Positions 1 through 9,582 of a DNA stretch of 64,000 nucleotides are shown piece after piece. How positions within the stretch are numbered: the stretch's first letter is position 1; each line of letters opens with the position of its first letter. Origin of the DNA: a virus; the IMG/VR virus record IMGVR_UViG_3300034684_000096, positions 56,005 through 120,004 of that record; one strand, written 5' to 3'. The position numbers and the translations under genes were made by a program. The notes under the pieces were generated by a model. It was not told the origin of the DNA. It saw nothing but the letters and a program-made list of their open reading frames with translations, and searched no databases.

Positions 1-75
1 AGGCATGTACAGTATATACCTACCATTTCTCACATACCATTCCATTATCAACCCCTTATCTACTTACATTCTACA

Positions 76-333
76 CTATTTCCCTTTGTTAGTCAATACT
101 ATTTTCCTAGCTATCGCAATATCTTTTTTCATCCTCTCCATGTACTCAATCTTATTATCCACAAAAACAATTTTCTCATATCCGGTATTTACATTTCTTA
201 CGAATACATACACTACCCTTTCCCCCCATTCGGTATTTACATTATACACAACACCATTATCTCTGGTATTCTTATTCAATGCATAATTCACTATTTTCAA
301 TATGTCCTCATGATTCAATTTCTCAATTATCAT
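76..333 (-). CDS. hypothetical early protein
   Basis: ORF with GGAG RBS and own TTGACT/TAGTAT promoter. Confidence 0.7.
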   Translation of the reverse strand: MIIEKLNHEDILKIVNYALNKNTRDNGVVYNVNTEWGERVVYVFVRNVNTGYEKIVFVDNKIEYMERMKKDIAIARKIVLTNKGK

Positions 334-349
334 ATCAACTCCTTATATA

Positions 350-556
350 CTACTTCTCTTTGTTAGTCAATACCTCTTTTACATATACATCTGAATAATC
401 ACTTCTCTCTGATTCCAAACATGCAAAATTATCTACACATGCATTGTCACATAACATACAATACAAACATTTGTTATACCATGATTCTATAGCTTCAGTT
501 ATTACCCCATGCTTACCTCGATATCTGACTTTAGTTCCTATTGCTAAATCAACCAT
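350..556 (-). CDS. small Cys-containing hypothetical protein
   Basis: ORF with AAGGAG RBS and upstream promoter at ~576-605. Confidence 0.7.
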   Translation of the reverse strand: MVDLAIGTKVRYRGKHGVITEAIESWYNKCLYCMLCDNACVDNFACLESERSDYSDVYVKEVLTNKEK

Positions 557-1029
557 TGTTATCTCCTTATATGTACATTCTATACTAGTATTAGTTATTA
601 GTCAAGAGTAAATGAATAAATAGTTTAAATAGATAACATATAATAGATAGATAGGTATAGTGTATATACATTGTGTATACATTGCGTATTATATGGGTTG
701 TACATTACGTATAAGCAGAAGAGGCCCCTTTTGTTGGAAAAACAACATTTTCTTGCCACATGATAGATAACACCTGTTATGTATAGGTTTTATACTACCC
801 TTTATAGGTCTTATATAGGGGAAATACTATGCTATTTTATACCTTTTAGGGGTTGCAATCGCGTCTCTCGGTACATTTTTGTAGCCCAAAGCCCCTATAT
901 AGCCCACTGTAGCCTATGCTCCTTTCCCTACACGAGCCTTAGCTACCCTAGGCTGTATCCCTACCTTACTCTACCCCTAAAACGCCGTAGAAGCCCATTT
1001 TAGAGCCTTAGAGAGCACCTAAAAACACC

Positions 1030-1083
1030 CATTTTACCCTTATTTTTAGCAACTTTAGCTCCATTTTACCCTTATTTTTAGCA
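1030..1083. repeat. 23-bp direct repeat CCATTTTACCCTTATTTTTAGCA x2
   Basis: two identical copies 31 bp apart in non-coding DNA. Confidence 0.8.
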
Positions 1084-1639
1084 TGTTTGGTCCTATCTGT
1101 AACACATATTGCACAAAATATATCTAAGGCACTATTAAATTGTGCGCAATATATCTATGGTGCTAGTGGTGTTTCAGATACTATCTTCTTATAGGGCTAT
1201 GACTTATGACATATGTTTAATTCCTAGTAACATGGTGGGTTTTGACATATGACATATGACATTGTCAAGTCCGACTCTAGGCATATATCTTATTACCCTG
1301 CGTATTGTATAGGTAAAACCCTATATATACCTTGCGTATTGGTCCAGCTACGTTTCCTCTATGGTGTTTTGTTCGTGTGAAGCATGATAGGCAAATAGAG
1401 CTGTTATTTAGCTATCGGTTAGCTTTAGCTCATTTCCTCTATGGGGTTTTTTTAGAGTATTTTGTACCTTCATTTGAGAGCGTTATTTGAGGGTGTAAGA
1501 TTTGCATAGGGGCAAAATATTTTTACCCCGTACAAAAAAGTAGAGATTTCGGGGTGTTGACCCTCAAATAAACGCTCTATTTACAGGTTGGCTGAAATTC
1601 AAACAAAAGCAGCGGTACAAAAATGAAGATACAAAGAAA

Positions 1640-1678
1640 GCCCCTCTACTGGAAATGACTAGAAACCAGTAGAGGGGC
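1640..1678 (-). terminator. rho-independent terminator of leftward early genes
   Basis: 13-bp stem GCCCCTCTACTGG/CCAGTAGAGGGGC followed on the - strand by TTTCTTT. Confidence 0.8.
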
Positions 1679-1698
1679 AAAGGGTATATAAAGAGAGA

Positions 1699-2178
1699 CT
1701 AGGTAATTTTAAGGTTTTGACGTTTCTTAGTAATGGCTTTACTAAGGCTGTGCCAATACTCACATCCTTCATCTGTAGTTTCCCATTCAAACAAACAGTC
1801 GACGTTAGAAGATTCAAGAAGTATATTGAATACTTCAGCGTCTACATCATATTTGTATTCAGCATTACACACGTTTCTGATAATCTTATCCAGTACCTCT
1901 TCAGTCAACCACTGTGTGTAATGTGCATAACCATTGATATCATCTTTGAAGTAGTTGATATAGTCATCATACTCTTCAATGGGTTTGGCTTCATAGGTGC
2001 CATACATGGAGTCTACTCCATTGAGTACTGAAGCAATGAATTCCGCATTCTTCATATCTGTGGTATAGAGATTAGATTTGTCTTTCGTCTTCTTTACAAG
2101 CTCTCCATCATTGTCAAGTACAAACTTTTCACCTTGTAATGCACCACACGTTACTTCATGTTCGATATAATATTCCAT
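1699..2178 (-). CDS. hypothetical protein
   Basis: ORF; start moved to MEYY (2178), which follows AAGGAG. Confidence 0.7.
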   Translation of the reverse strand: MEYYIEHEVTCGALQGEKFVLDNDGELVKKTKDKSNLYTTDMKNAEFIASVLNGVDSMYGTYEAKPIEEYDDYINYFKDDINGYAHYTQWLTEEVLDKIIRNVCNAEYKYDVDAEVFNILLESSNVDCLFEWETTDEGCEYWHSLSKAITKKRQNLKIT

Positions 2179-2191
2179 ACTGTTTACTCCT

Positions 2192-2488
2192 TTAGTCTTC
2201 AAACCAAAAGCTTAATCTTGTTTTAGCTTCATTTGTTTTATCTTGTAATTGGTCCTCAAATACCTTCTGTTCTTCCATGATGGTAGGAAGCTCAGAGATA
2301 TGATGAAAAGTCAAGTATTCACCTAAAGAGTCAATGAACAAGTCAGAGAAAGCATGAGTGATACATAAGGCCATTTCTTCAGTGAATAGCATCGGTTCTG
2401 GTATACCATTGTAGTGGAAGTATTTATCCGTTTCCAGAATAGCTACACCAGTGTATGGATTGGTGTATACAATAAAGTATTGTTTCAT
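2192..2488 (-). CDS. hypothetical protein (shares a domain with neighbours)
   Basis: ORF with RBS; LFTEE-A-(I)-AFS motif shared with 2485-2850. Confidence 0.7.
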   Translation of the reverse strand: MKQYFIVYTNPYTGVAILETDKYFHYNGIPEPMLFTEEMALCITHAFSDLFIDSLGEYLTFHHISELPTIMEEQKVFEDQLQDKTNEAKTRLSFWFED

Positions 2489-2850
2489 AGTTTCTCCTTT
2501 ACACCAAGTACCATATAATCATTACTAAAGGCTTTGGCAATGATTAGTGCTTGTTCTTCAGTGAATAGCAAAGGAGGTGTGTTGTATGTACTATGAAAAC
2601 AACCATCAGTTCCTAAATACCTATCACCTAATGCTTTAGCGATACCAATGAATGAAGCAACAATCATATATTGAGTATCATCTACGTCTTTCAACCATGC
2701 GTCAGAAATTCCATAACCCAATGCCCTACACTGTTCTACAGGCATACCGTCACATGCATGAGGCCAAAGGTACTCACGTCTTCTTTCTTTAGCTTCTGGA
2801 TATAGACGGTTCATATCCTCTAGGTAAGTCTCTCTATCAAATACTTTCAT
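2485..2850 (-). CDS. hypothetical protein
   Basis: ORF; start moved to MKVFD after AAGGAGAG. Confidence 0.7.
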   Translation of the reverse strand: MKVFDRETYLEDMNRLYPEAKERRREYLWPHACDGMPVEQCRALGYGISDAWLKDVDDTQYMIVASFIGIAKALGDRYLGTDGCFHSTYNTPPLLFTEEQALIIAKAFSNDYMVLGVKEKL

Positions 2851-2860
2851 TTGTCTCTCC

Positions 2861-3058
2861 TTATACCTGTACTGCATTGTATAGGCATTCGTATGAAGCA
2901 TCAACATATCTAAGTGCCATACAGATTGCTTCCGCCTGTTCCCTTGTCATGATGAACATGTCTGTTGCATGCTGGTATGTCTTGAACCCCTCATCCATGC
3001 ACAAGTAGAGGCATGGTTGCTCTTGGTCTGCTGGTGTAAGTTGTACTGTGTATCCCAT
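2861..3058 (-). CDS. hypothetical protein
   Basis: ORF directly after stem-loop promoter and RBS. Confidence 0.7.
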   Translation of the reverse strand: MGYTVQLTPADQEQPCLYLCMDEGFKTYQHATDMFIMTREQAEAICMALRYVDASYECLYNAVQV

Positions 3059-3132
3059 ATTGTTTGTCTCTCCTTATAATTCAAGTATATCATAGGGTTG
3101 GTTGTTAGTCAACCCTATTTGTAGAAGTTTTT

Positions 3133-3336
3133 CTAGTTTCTGTGCCGGAAATACAGTTCTTTGATTGGTGCATACATATCAAAATCTTCTATTTTCTGTA
3201 TGACTTCATTCATTATCTGTCTTGTCTTCTTTTCCCCTACTTCATTGTACAGGGTTGGTACAATAGCTTCCATCATCATGCTTGACATCAGGGACATACT
3301 CTCTTCAATCAATTGCAATACTTTTTCATCACTCAT
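3133..3336 (-). CDS. hypothetical early protein
   Basis: ORF with RBS and promoter. Confidence 0.7.
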   Translation of the reverse strand: MSDEKVLQLIEESMSLMSSMMMEAIVPTLYNEVGEKKTRQIMNEVIQKIEDFDMYAPIKELYFRHRN

Positions 3337-3390
3337 GTTTGTCTCTCCTTATGGTTCTATAATACCATAGTTTATGAATACTGTCAATAC

Positions 3391-3597
3391 CTAAAGATTG
3401 AACACTTTATTCAATCTTTCTACTAATAGAAGTACAGGACACGTTTCACAATGGTCATAGGCATTGTTATCTACCGGACAATTTAAACAGAATTCATCCA
3501 ACTCATTGATGACTTGTTTCGCTTCCTCTTCAGTAGTGGGTACTACGATGGAAGTGTTTCTTCCTTGCGCTTCTAGGTAAATAGTGTTTACGTTCAT
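3391..3597 (-). CDS. small CxxC...CxxC (possible Zn-binding) protein
   Basis: CLNCP and CETCP motifs; RBS. Confidence 0.65.
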   Translation of the reverse strand: MNVNTIYLEAQGRNTSIVVPTTEEEAKQVINELDEFCLNCPVDNNAYDHCETCPVLLLVERLNKVFNL

Positions 3598-3637
3598 AAT
3601 TGCTCCTTATGTTTCTATAATACAATGGTTTAGGTGA

Positions 3638-4171
3638 TTAGTCAATAGGTAAACCGAAGATTTCCCTAACTATATTTCCCAATGGTTCAGTGTACTGGTC
3701 AATATCTACAGTTTCGTTAACAATACCTTGTAAGAATGCATTATACTCATAATCTGGCATTGTCTTGGAATTCTTAATCATACGGAAGGTAATGTAGTTT
3801 GTACCATCGTGGTGCATACCTTTGGCTTTGAATTCATTCCCCTCTAGGTAATACATACCATAGTCTTGGTGGTGGTTAGGGTGAATACAGTTGCTTAAGT
3901 TATAATCCAACAGACTGAAGCCTTGCTTCCTTCCATTCCATAATCCTAGGCTTGCGATAGCAATAATCCTACCTTCCAGTTCCTTATCCAAAGTATATTT
4001 CAATTCATCTAATTGGAATTCAAGGTCAGCTGCTATAAAGTTCCATGCCTCATAATCAGATACACTAGCAATAGTTTCTTCCACATCATCTGATAAGTCA
4101 AACAATTGCTCTTTTGCTTCCTGTACTGCTTCTTCACTATAAGCGTTTTCATTGCTCCATAAAATAATCAT
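3638..4171 (-). CDS. hypothetical phage protein
   Basis: 177-aa ORF with RBS, LGLWNGRKQG motif. Confidence 0.75.
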   Translation of the reverse strand: MIILWSNENAYSEEAVQEAKEQLFDLSDDVEETIASVSDYEAWNFIAADLEFQLDELKYTLDKELEGRIIAIASLGLWNGRKQGFSLLDYNLSNCIHPNHHQDYGMYYLEGNEFKAKGMHHDGTNYITFRMIKNSKTMPDYEYNAFLQGIVNETVDIDQYTEPLGNIVREIFGLPID

Positions 4172-4425
4172 TTGTTTCTCTCCTGTATGTTTTGCATTCT
4201 CTTTCTATGAATACGGATACTTTCATTCAACTCTTCAATCATAGTTTCAATAGTACTATAGAAGCTATCCCATTCTAGAGTACGTGCAACCCCTATGGTG
4301 GTTTCTGGACTGTAGAATTCAACTTCAAGGTTGTCTTGCTCATAACCGATAAATACTTTCATGGTATCAGTTTCTAGGTCCAAAAGCTCTGCAATCATTC
4401 TCTTCACCTTGTCTTGGTAATTCAT
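4168..4425 (-). CDS. hypothetical protein
   Basis: ORF after stem-loop promoter. Confidence 0.7.
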   Translation of the reverse strand: MNYQDKVKRMIAELLDLETDTMKVFIGYEQDNLEVEFYSPETTIGVARTLEWDSFYSTIETMIEELNESIRIHRKRMQNIQERNK

Positions 4426-4499
4426 TTGCTTTCCCTCTCTTTATAACTCTATTGTACCATAGGGGTTGGTTGTTGTCAACCCCTATTTCAGAAGTTTTT

Positions 4500-4826
4500 C
4501 TAAATAATCGCTAGAGCATAAGGTACATAGTTTCCACAGTTGTCACTAATCTCTAGGTTTGCATACAACTTGGCCAAAGCGTCAGTATAAGAGGTTGCAT
4601 CGTGCACAATCTTCTTGCTTGCTTCAGAAACATGCAGAAGGTTTAAAGCATTCAACAACGCTTGTTGATAGTCATATTTTTGCCACGACCGATTAACCCA
4701 TGAATACGTTCCACGCACCGCATGTACCATTTCATAATCAGAATCAAACAATGAGATAGTTACAAACTCATAAGAATATGCTTTGGTGGTCTTGTCTCTC
4801 GTAGTGAAAATAATTGTGTTAGCCAT
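4500..4826 (-). CDS. hypothetical protein
   Basis: start moved to MANT (4826), downstream of promoter and GAGGG RBS. Confidence 0.7.
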   Translation of the reverse strand: MANTIIFTTRDKTTKAYSYEFVTISLFDSDYEMVHAVRGTYSWVNRSWQKYDYQQALLNALNLLHVSEASKKIVHDATSYTDALAKLYANLEISDNCGNYVPYALAII

Positions 4827-4897
4827 TTGTTTTCCCTCTTTATAATTCAAGTATACCATAGGGGTTGGTTTAAGTCAACCCCTATTTGATAAGTTTT

Positions 4898-5212
4898 TTA
4901 GAAAAACATAGTAATGTTAGTCCCCAATGTATGATGAATTCGTACAAGGAATTCCCCTGCAAGTGAATTAGCATTCATGATACTGTTTACTTCACTGTAC
5001 CATCTATTCATACAGAAGCCATCACCATAAAATTGGTAGGCATCATCATAGAACCTAATACCTCTTTGGGTAATTTCCCCGTCTTTGGTGAATTGTACCC
5101 CATACAACTCACCTTCCTCACTGGTATTAGTGATATAGCCGAAAGTTGCTTTCTTTTCTTTTACCGCTTCCATTTCTGCAAGTACTCTAAATTTGAATTC
5201 TTCTTTAGTCAT
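4898..5212 (-). CDS. hypothetical protein
   Basis: ORF with AAGGAG and TTGACA-17-TAGAAT promoter (5243-5271). Confidence 0.7.
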   Translation of the reverse strand: MTKEEFKFRVLAEMEAVKEKKATFGYITNTSEEGELYGVQFTKDGEITQRGIRFYDDAYQFYGDGFCMNRWYSEVNSIMNANSLAGEFLVRIHHTLGTNITMFF

Positions 5213-5315
5213 TGTTGTTTCTCCTTGTTCTCTTTATACCTAATTCTACCATGTATAAGGTATGGTGTCAATAGTATTTGAAAAAATAAATAAAAAAGTT
5301 TTTTCTTTTTAGGTA

Positions 5316-5535
5316 TTGACAACGGTGTGAAAGTATGATATACTGAACAAAAAAGACTTTATTTTTTCTTAAATTTGTATACAGATTAACGTATGACTTA
5401 TGTCATATGTCAGAAGTTCGGAAGTCATAAGTTCTGACATATGTCATAAGCTAACTTCTCACATAAAAAAGCCAACTTTTGACATATGTCATATGACAAG
5501 CGCGAAGACCGATATATGATAATATATCGGTCTTC
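5316..5535 (+). repeat. heptad-repeat non-coding unit, copy 1
   Basis: TTGACA-17-TATACT, TATGAC(A/T) heptads in both orientations, conserved GACAAGCGCGAAGACC, closing hairpin. Confidence 0.85.
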
Positions 5536-5588
5536 AATTTAATTACACGCTATAAAATAAGGGACTATCTCTAGTCCCTTATCAGTTG

Positions 5589-6002
5589 TCACCTCATGTA
5601 CAATTTAATTGGTTCTTTCTCTGATGGAATTTTTACCAAGAAGGTATTGACTCCAGTCTCTCTATCACAGTCAATTTCCATTTGCTCTATCAATTCCCAT
5701 TTGTCGGAATATTCATCAGAATAAGCAATGAGCCTATCTGGTTGTTTCTTTGAACGTTTGATGTTCATAGTTATTCCGGAATCAGAAACCAAGAATACCC
5801 ATGAATAATTACCATCATCATCTAATGAATAATCATTGATGACTACCATGTACAAGTATTCGCTTAAGTATTCATTCCATTCTCTATCGTCAACAATCTT
5901 CTGGAAGTCTTCCATGGAAGGATTGAACAGCGTAATGTGAGTGTTATGTGCTCCTTCTGTGAAGTTTCCACCATTTTTCTTTTTCCAGTCTTGAATAGTC
6001 AT
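5589..6002 (-). CDS. hypothetical protein
   Basis: ORF after stem-loop promoter. Confidence 0.7.
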   Translation of the reverse strand: MTIQDWKKKNGGNFTEGAHNTHITLFNPSMEDFQKIVDDREWNEYLSEYLYMVVINDYSLDDDGNYSWVFLVSDSGITMNIKRSKKQPDRLIAYSDEYSDKWELIEQMEIDCDRETGVNTFLVKIPSEKEPIKLYMR

Positions 6003-6071
6003 TGTTATCTCTCCTTATAATTCAAGTATAGCATAGGGTTGGTTGTTAGTCAACCCTATTTCATAAGTTTT

Positions 6072-6386
6072 TTAGATAAATTCTACTTTCATGTATTGCT
6101 CACTAATCATGATACAATCTTGTTTGAGGATATTTTTCAATACTTGTGCTATGTTGTTAGCTTGGAAGTCATTGTCCATAACTTCCAATACATAGGAAGT
6201 CTCTTGTACACCATTCCAATAACCATCAGTGGTATACAGTGTATATCCTTCCCATTGGGTATTGTGTCTGTTGTACGCTTCCCTAGCTATTTCTATAGCG
6301 TTTACAACTTCTTCTTTTGTGAAAGTCTGTTTGACTTCTGAATTGCTACCAGTCTGTGAACCAATGTAAAGTTTTGTTACTTTCAT
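6072..6386 (-). CDS. hypothetical protein (possibly PII-like/DUF3574-like fold)
   Basis: LYIG...EGYTLY...GYW...E...LKQDCIM pattern; family call tentative. Confidence 0.55.
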   Translation of the reverse strand: MKVTKLYIGSQTGSNSEVKQTFTKEEVVNAIEIAREAYNRHNTQWEGYTLYTTDGYWNGVQETSYVLEVMDNDFQANNIAQVLKNILKQDCIMISEQYMKVEFI

Positions 6387-6488
6387 GTAGTTTCTCCTTG
6401 CTCTCTTTATACTTAATATTACTATATATATAATATAGTGTCAATAGTATTTGAAAAAATAAGTAAAAAAGTTTTTTCTTTTTTAGTA

Positions 6489-6748
6489 TTGACAAAGTAA
6501 TAAACATATGATATACTATAAAGATATGGTTATTTTTATATCCTAGTGTCAGTGTAGACTATGACTTATGTCATATGTGTAGGGTATGACTTATGACATC
6601 AGTATATGGTATGACATATGTCAGAAGTTCGGAATCCAGAAGTTGCACAGTTGTCATATGACATAAGTTTCCCATAAAAAGACCAACTTTTGACACATGT
6701 CATATGACAAGCGCGAAGACCAAAAATAATATATTATTTTTGGTCTTT
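6489..6748 (+). repeat. heptad-repeat non-coding unit, copy 2
   Basis: same architecture as copy 1. Confidence 0.85.
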
Positions 6749-7264
6749 ATTAATCAATTCTCTAAATGAAGCATTATCAATGTATTCTTCTATATGCTTG
6801 CACGCGCTTACATAAATATTGTGTGCTTCCTCTTCAGTAGCATAACGACCCAAATGTATAACCTTTTTGCCTATCCGTATCTTTGCCTCGTACCTACCCT
6901 TATGTTTATCAAAATAACAACCAACAAGTTTACCTTTCCTGTGTACTTTTCGATTTTGATTATTTCCCCTATCAGTAACCAATCTTAAGTTTTCAAACCT
7001 ATTGTCAATCCTATTTCCGTTAATATGGTCAATCTGCATTCCTTCTGGAATATCTTCACCTGTTGTTAATACCCAAACAATAGTATGATAGTATATCCGC
7101 ATACTATTGAACCTTACTTGACAATAACCATTATTAGTACCATTGTTCTTAACAAGAACCCATTTAGTACTTGGGTAACTTCTCAGCCTTTCCAAAGTAC
7201 CATCCTTAAGCCTAAATACTTTCTTCAATTCCTCTACATCAATAGGTTTTCTTTTCATATACAC
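6734..7264 (-). CDS. HNH homing endonuclease with C-terminal AP2-like domain
   Basis: IDHINGNRIDNRFENLR HNH motif; YEAKIRIGKKVIHLGRYATEEEA AP2-like motif. Confidence 0.9.
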   Translation of the reverse strand: MYMKRKPIDVEELKKVFRLKDGTLERLRSYPSTKWVLVKNNGTNNGYCQVRFNSMRIYYHTIVWVLTTGEDIPEGMQIDHINGNRIDNRFENLRLVTDRGNNQNRKVHRKGKLVGCYFDKHKGRYEAKIRIGKKVIHLGRYATEEEAHNIYVSACKHIEEYIDNASFRELINKDQK

Positions 7265-7507
7265 TCCTTGAAATAAAAACCCTATTATACTATCTCCCCC
7301 TTTCGGGTCAGCACGGAAACAGTATAATAGGGTAAGATTTTACTCAAGGAAACAAGAAAGTGCTGATGTCTCTTGTTTCCTCAAACCATATAAAGAGTGT
7401 ATCACATTCCATATGACATTGTCAAGTCCTACTCTAGAAAAAAGTCAACTTATGATATACATATTTCCGGCTTTATAACTAAAGGGGAAGTTACTCCCCT
7501 TGTTGAT

Positions 7508-7720
7508 TTAAAGATAGGATACAATGTTCTGGATATCCGTAACTCTAAGACTGTCAGAACACCCGCTTTCCATGTACAACTTCAGTACGTCGATTGGTTT
7601 CATTTCGTCAATCTCATACGCTGGTACTCTACCCAATGCTCTGTACTCTGTAAGGTTTTGAATCCTTGAGTAAACGTTTGTGTAATACTTTTGTTTCATC
7701 ATTTGTCTCTCCTTGTTCAT
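7508..7720 (-). CDS. hypothetical protein
   Basis: ORF after stem-loop promoter; terminator-like hairpin at ~7481-7502. Confidence 0.65.
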   Translation of the reverse strand: MNKERQMMKQKYYTNVYSRIQNLTEYRALGRVPAYEIDEMKPIDVLKLYMESGCSDSLRVTDIQNIVSYL

Positions 7721-7787
7721 CTTGCCTCTCCTTATAATTCAAGTATATCATAGGGTTAACTAATTGTCAACCCTATATCCAGAAGTT

Positions 7788-8102
7788 TTACAATGTTTTT
7801 ATGAAGTTTTGAATACTTGTGATATCCTCATCAAGGTCGTTGTATGCCTGTTTAGCTCTTCCATATGTGTAATCTAGCAGAAGGTTTGGAAGTGCCTTCA
7901 CAAGTGCCTCATGTACGCTTACCAGCTCAAGGAGCGTAATGTGTCCGTTATTATACTTTTGTTGGTATTCTGCAAGAGTATCCGCTTGGGTACGCATGGC
8001 AGTAATGTTCATCTCAAGCTCGTTGGTCAAAGACTTTCCTCTCTTCCTCAACTCTTCCTTCAGGTTTTCTACTGATTTGTTCATCTCTTCTTTTGTGTTC
8101 AT
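7788..8102 (-). CDS. coiled-coil hypothetical protein
   Basis: start moved to MNTK (8102) after AAGGAGAG. Confidence 0.7.
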   Translation of the reverse strand: MNTKEEMNKSVENLKEELRKRGKSLTNELEMNITAMRTQADTLAEYQQKYNNGHITLLELVSVHEALVKALPNLLLDYTYGRAKQAYNDLDEDITSIQNFIKTL

Positions 8103-8205
8103 GTTGTCTCTCCTTGTTCTCTTTATACCTAATTCTACCATGTACTATAGATAATGTCAATAGTTTTTCAAAAAATAAATAAAAAAGTTTTTTCTTTTTT
8201 TGGTA

Positions 8206-8428
8206 TTGACATATAGAGTAAAGTATGGTATACTGTAAATAGTATGGTTTGTTTTCATATCCTAGCATGTTGCTTGCCTATGACTTATGACATAAGTGAG
8301 TTAGAAGTTCAGAAGTCATAAGCCCTGACATATGACATAAGTAAACTTCTCACATAAAAAAGCCAACTTTTGACATATGTCATATGACAAGCGTGAAGAC
8401 CAAAAATAATATATTATTTTTGGTCTTT
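8206..8428 (+). repeat. heptad-repeat non-coding unit, copy 3
   Basis: same architecture; 3' 60 nt nearly identical to copies 1 and 2. Confidence 0.85.
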
Positions 8429-8431
8429 ATT

Positions 8432-8584
8432 TTACTTCACCTCTTTAAGTATCACGTCTGTTTCGATTCCATTGTACTTAAGTTTAAGCTCTGTTACAAT
8501 CTGTTGTGCAGTACATAAGTGCTCACATACTGCTACACAATTCCAGTCATCTTGACAACCAGCCATTACTAGATATACTTTCAT
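8432..8584 (-). CDS. 50-aa protein below the ORF-track cutoff (MKVYLVMAGCQDDW...)
   Basis: translated by hand; AAGGAGAG RBS and stem-loop promoter upstream. Confidence 0.7.
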   Translation of the reverse strand: MKVYLVMAGCQDDWNCVAVCEHLCTAQQIVTELKLKYNGIETDVILKEVK

Positions 8585-8660
8585 ACTCTCTCCTTGTTCT
8601 CTTTATACCTTAAGTATATCATAGGGTTGGCTTAACTGTCAACCCTATTTGATAAGTTTC

Positions 8661-8999
8661 CTAGAAAATTTTATAGATAAGCTCTTCAAACTTCTCTCTT
8701 GATGGATACTCATAATCACAATAAATGACTTTCCCTTCTACCATAACAACAAAGCTGAAATAGTTGTCCTTGTTCAAAGAATCTTTTATCACAATGTAGT
8801 TATCACTCGTACACTCTGAAGAGATATATACCTTTGTTTTTCCTTCTCCCTCGTAAGTTATGGATACAAGGAACGTAACATTTGTACAAATCGCTTTATC
8901 CAGTTTTTGCAATTCCTGCATTAAACTTACAGGTAGGAATGTTTCTTGCACACCAGAACCCGTTCTCACAATCTTTCCATTTACTGAATATACAATCAT
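8661..8999 (-). CDS. hypothetical protein
   Basis: ORF between two stem-loop promoters. Confidence 0.7.
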   Translation of the reverse strand: MIVYSVNGKIVRTGSGVQETFLPVSLMQELQKLDKAICTNVTFLVSITYEGEGKTKVYISSECTSDNYIVIKDSLNKDNYFSFVVMVEGKVIYCDYEYPSREKFEELIYKIF

Positions 9000-9069
9000 C
9001 TTTGTCCTTCCTTATAATGTAAGTATATCATAGGGATTGATTAATGTCAATCCCTATGTAAGAATGTTT

Positions 9070-9582
9070 CTACAAGTATTTTACCAGTAGTTCTGTATCG
9101 ATATACACTGAACCTCCCATCTCAATACAAGCGTACTGACTGTAATTGTTCTTCAGTTCCTCGTAAGCTCTCTGCTTCAGTCCATAAGGAATTTCATCCT
9201 TATAATCATCCCAAGCTTTCAATACTGCTTTGTATTCATATTCTGCCACAGCTTCGTCGTCAATTGCTGGATATACTGCTAGGTTTGCCACAACATCATA
9301 AATTCTCTGCATGGTATTCAAGGATACCTTATCGAAATCAACGACTACCGCAACTGAACCATAATCACTGAAGAATCTTTTCACTCCCTTGATGTTGCGG
9401 AACATTTTCATAAACTCCTGTACGTTGGCTCTTTCCACACCGCAAGAGGAATCATAATCCCCATAGCAACAGAATGGAATTGACGCATAGTTCGTGTTGT
9501 CCCAATTTTGATAGCACTTGTCCAGCATTGCAACTTCTTTGATAAGCTCCATAGTCTGTTTTGTGAGTTCTTTTCTAGTCAT
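9070..9582 (-). CDS. hypothetical protein
   Basis: ORF between two stem-loop promoters. Confidence 0.75.
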   Translation of the reverse strand: MTRKELTKQTMELIKEVAMLDKCYQNWDNTNYASIPFCCYGDYDSSCGVERANVQEFMKMFRNIKGVKRFFSDYGSVAVVVDFDKVSLNTMQRIYDVVANLAVYPAIDDEAVAEYEYKAVLKAWDDYKDEIPYGLKQRAYEELKNNYSQYACIEMGGSVYIDTELLVKYL

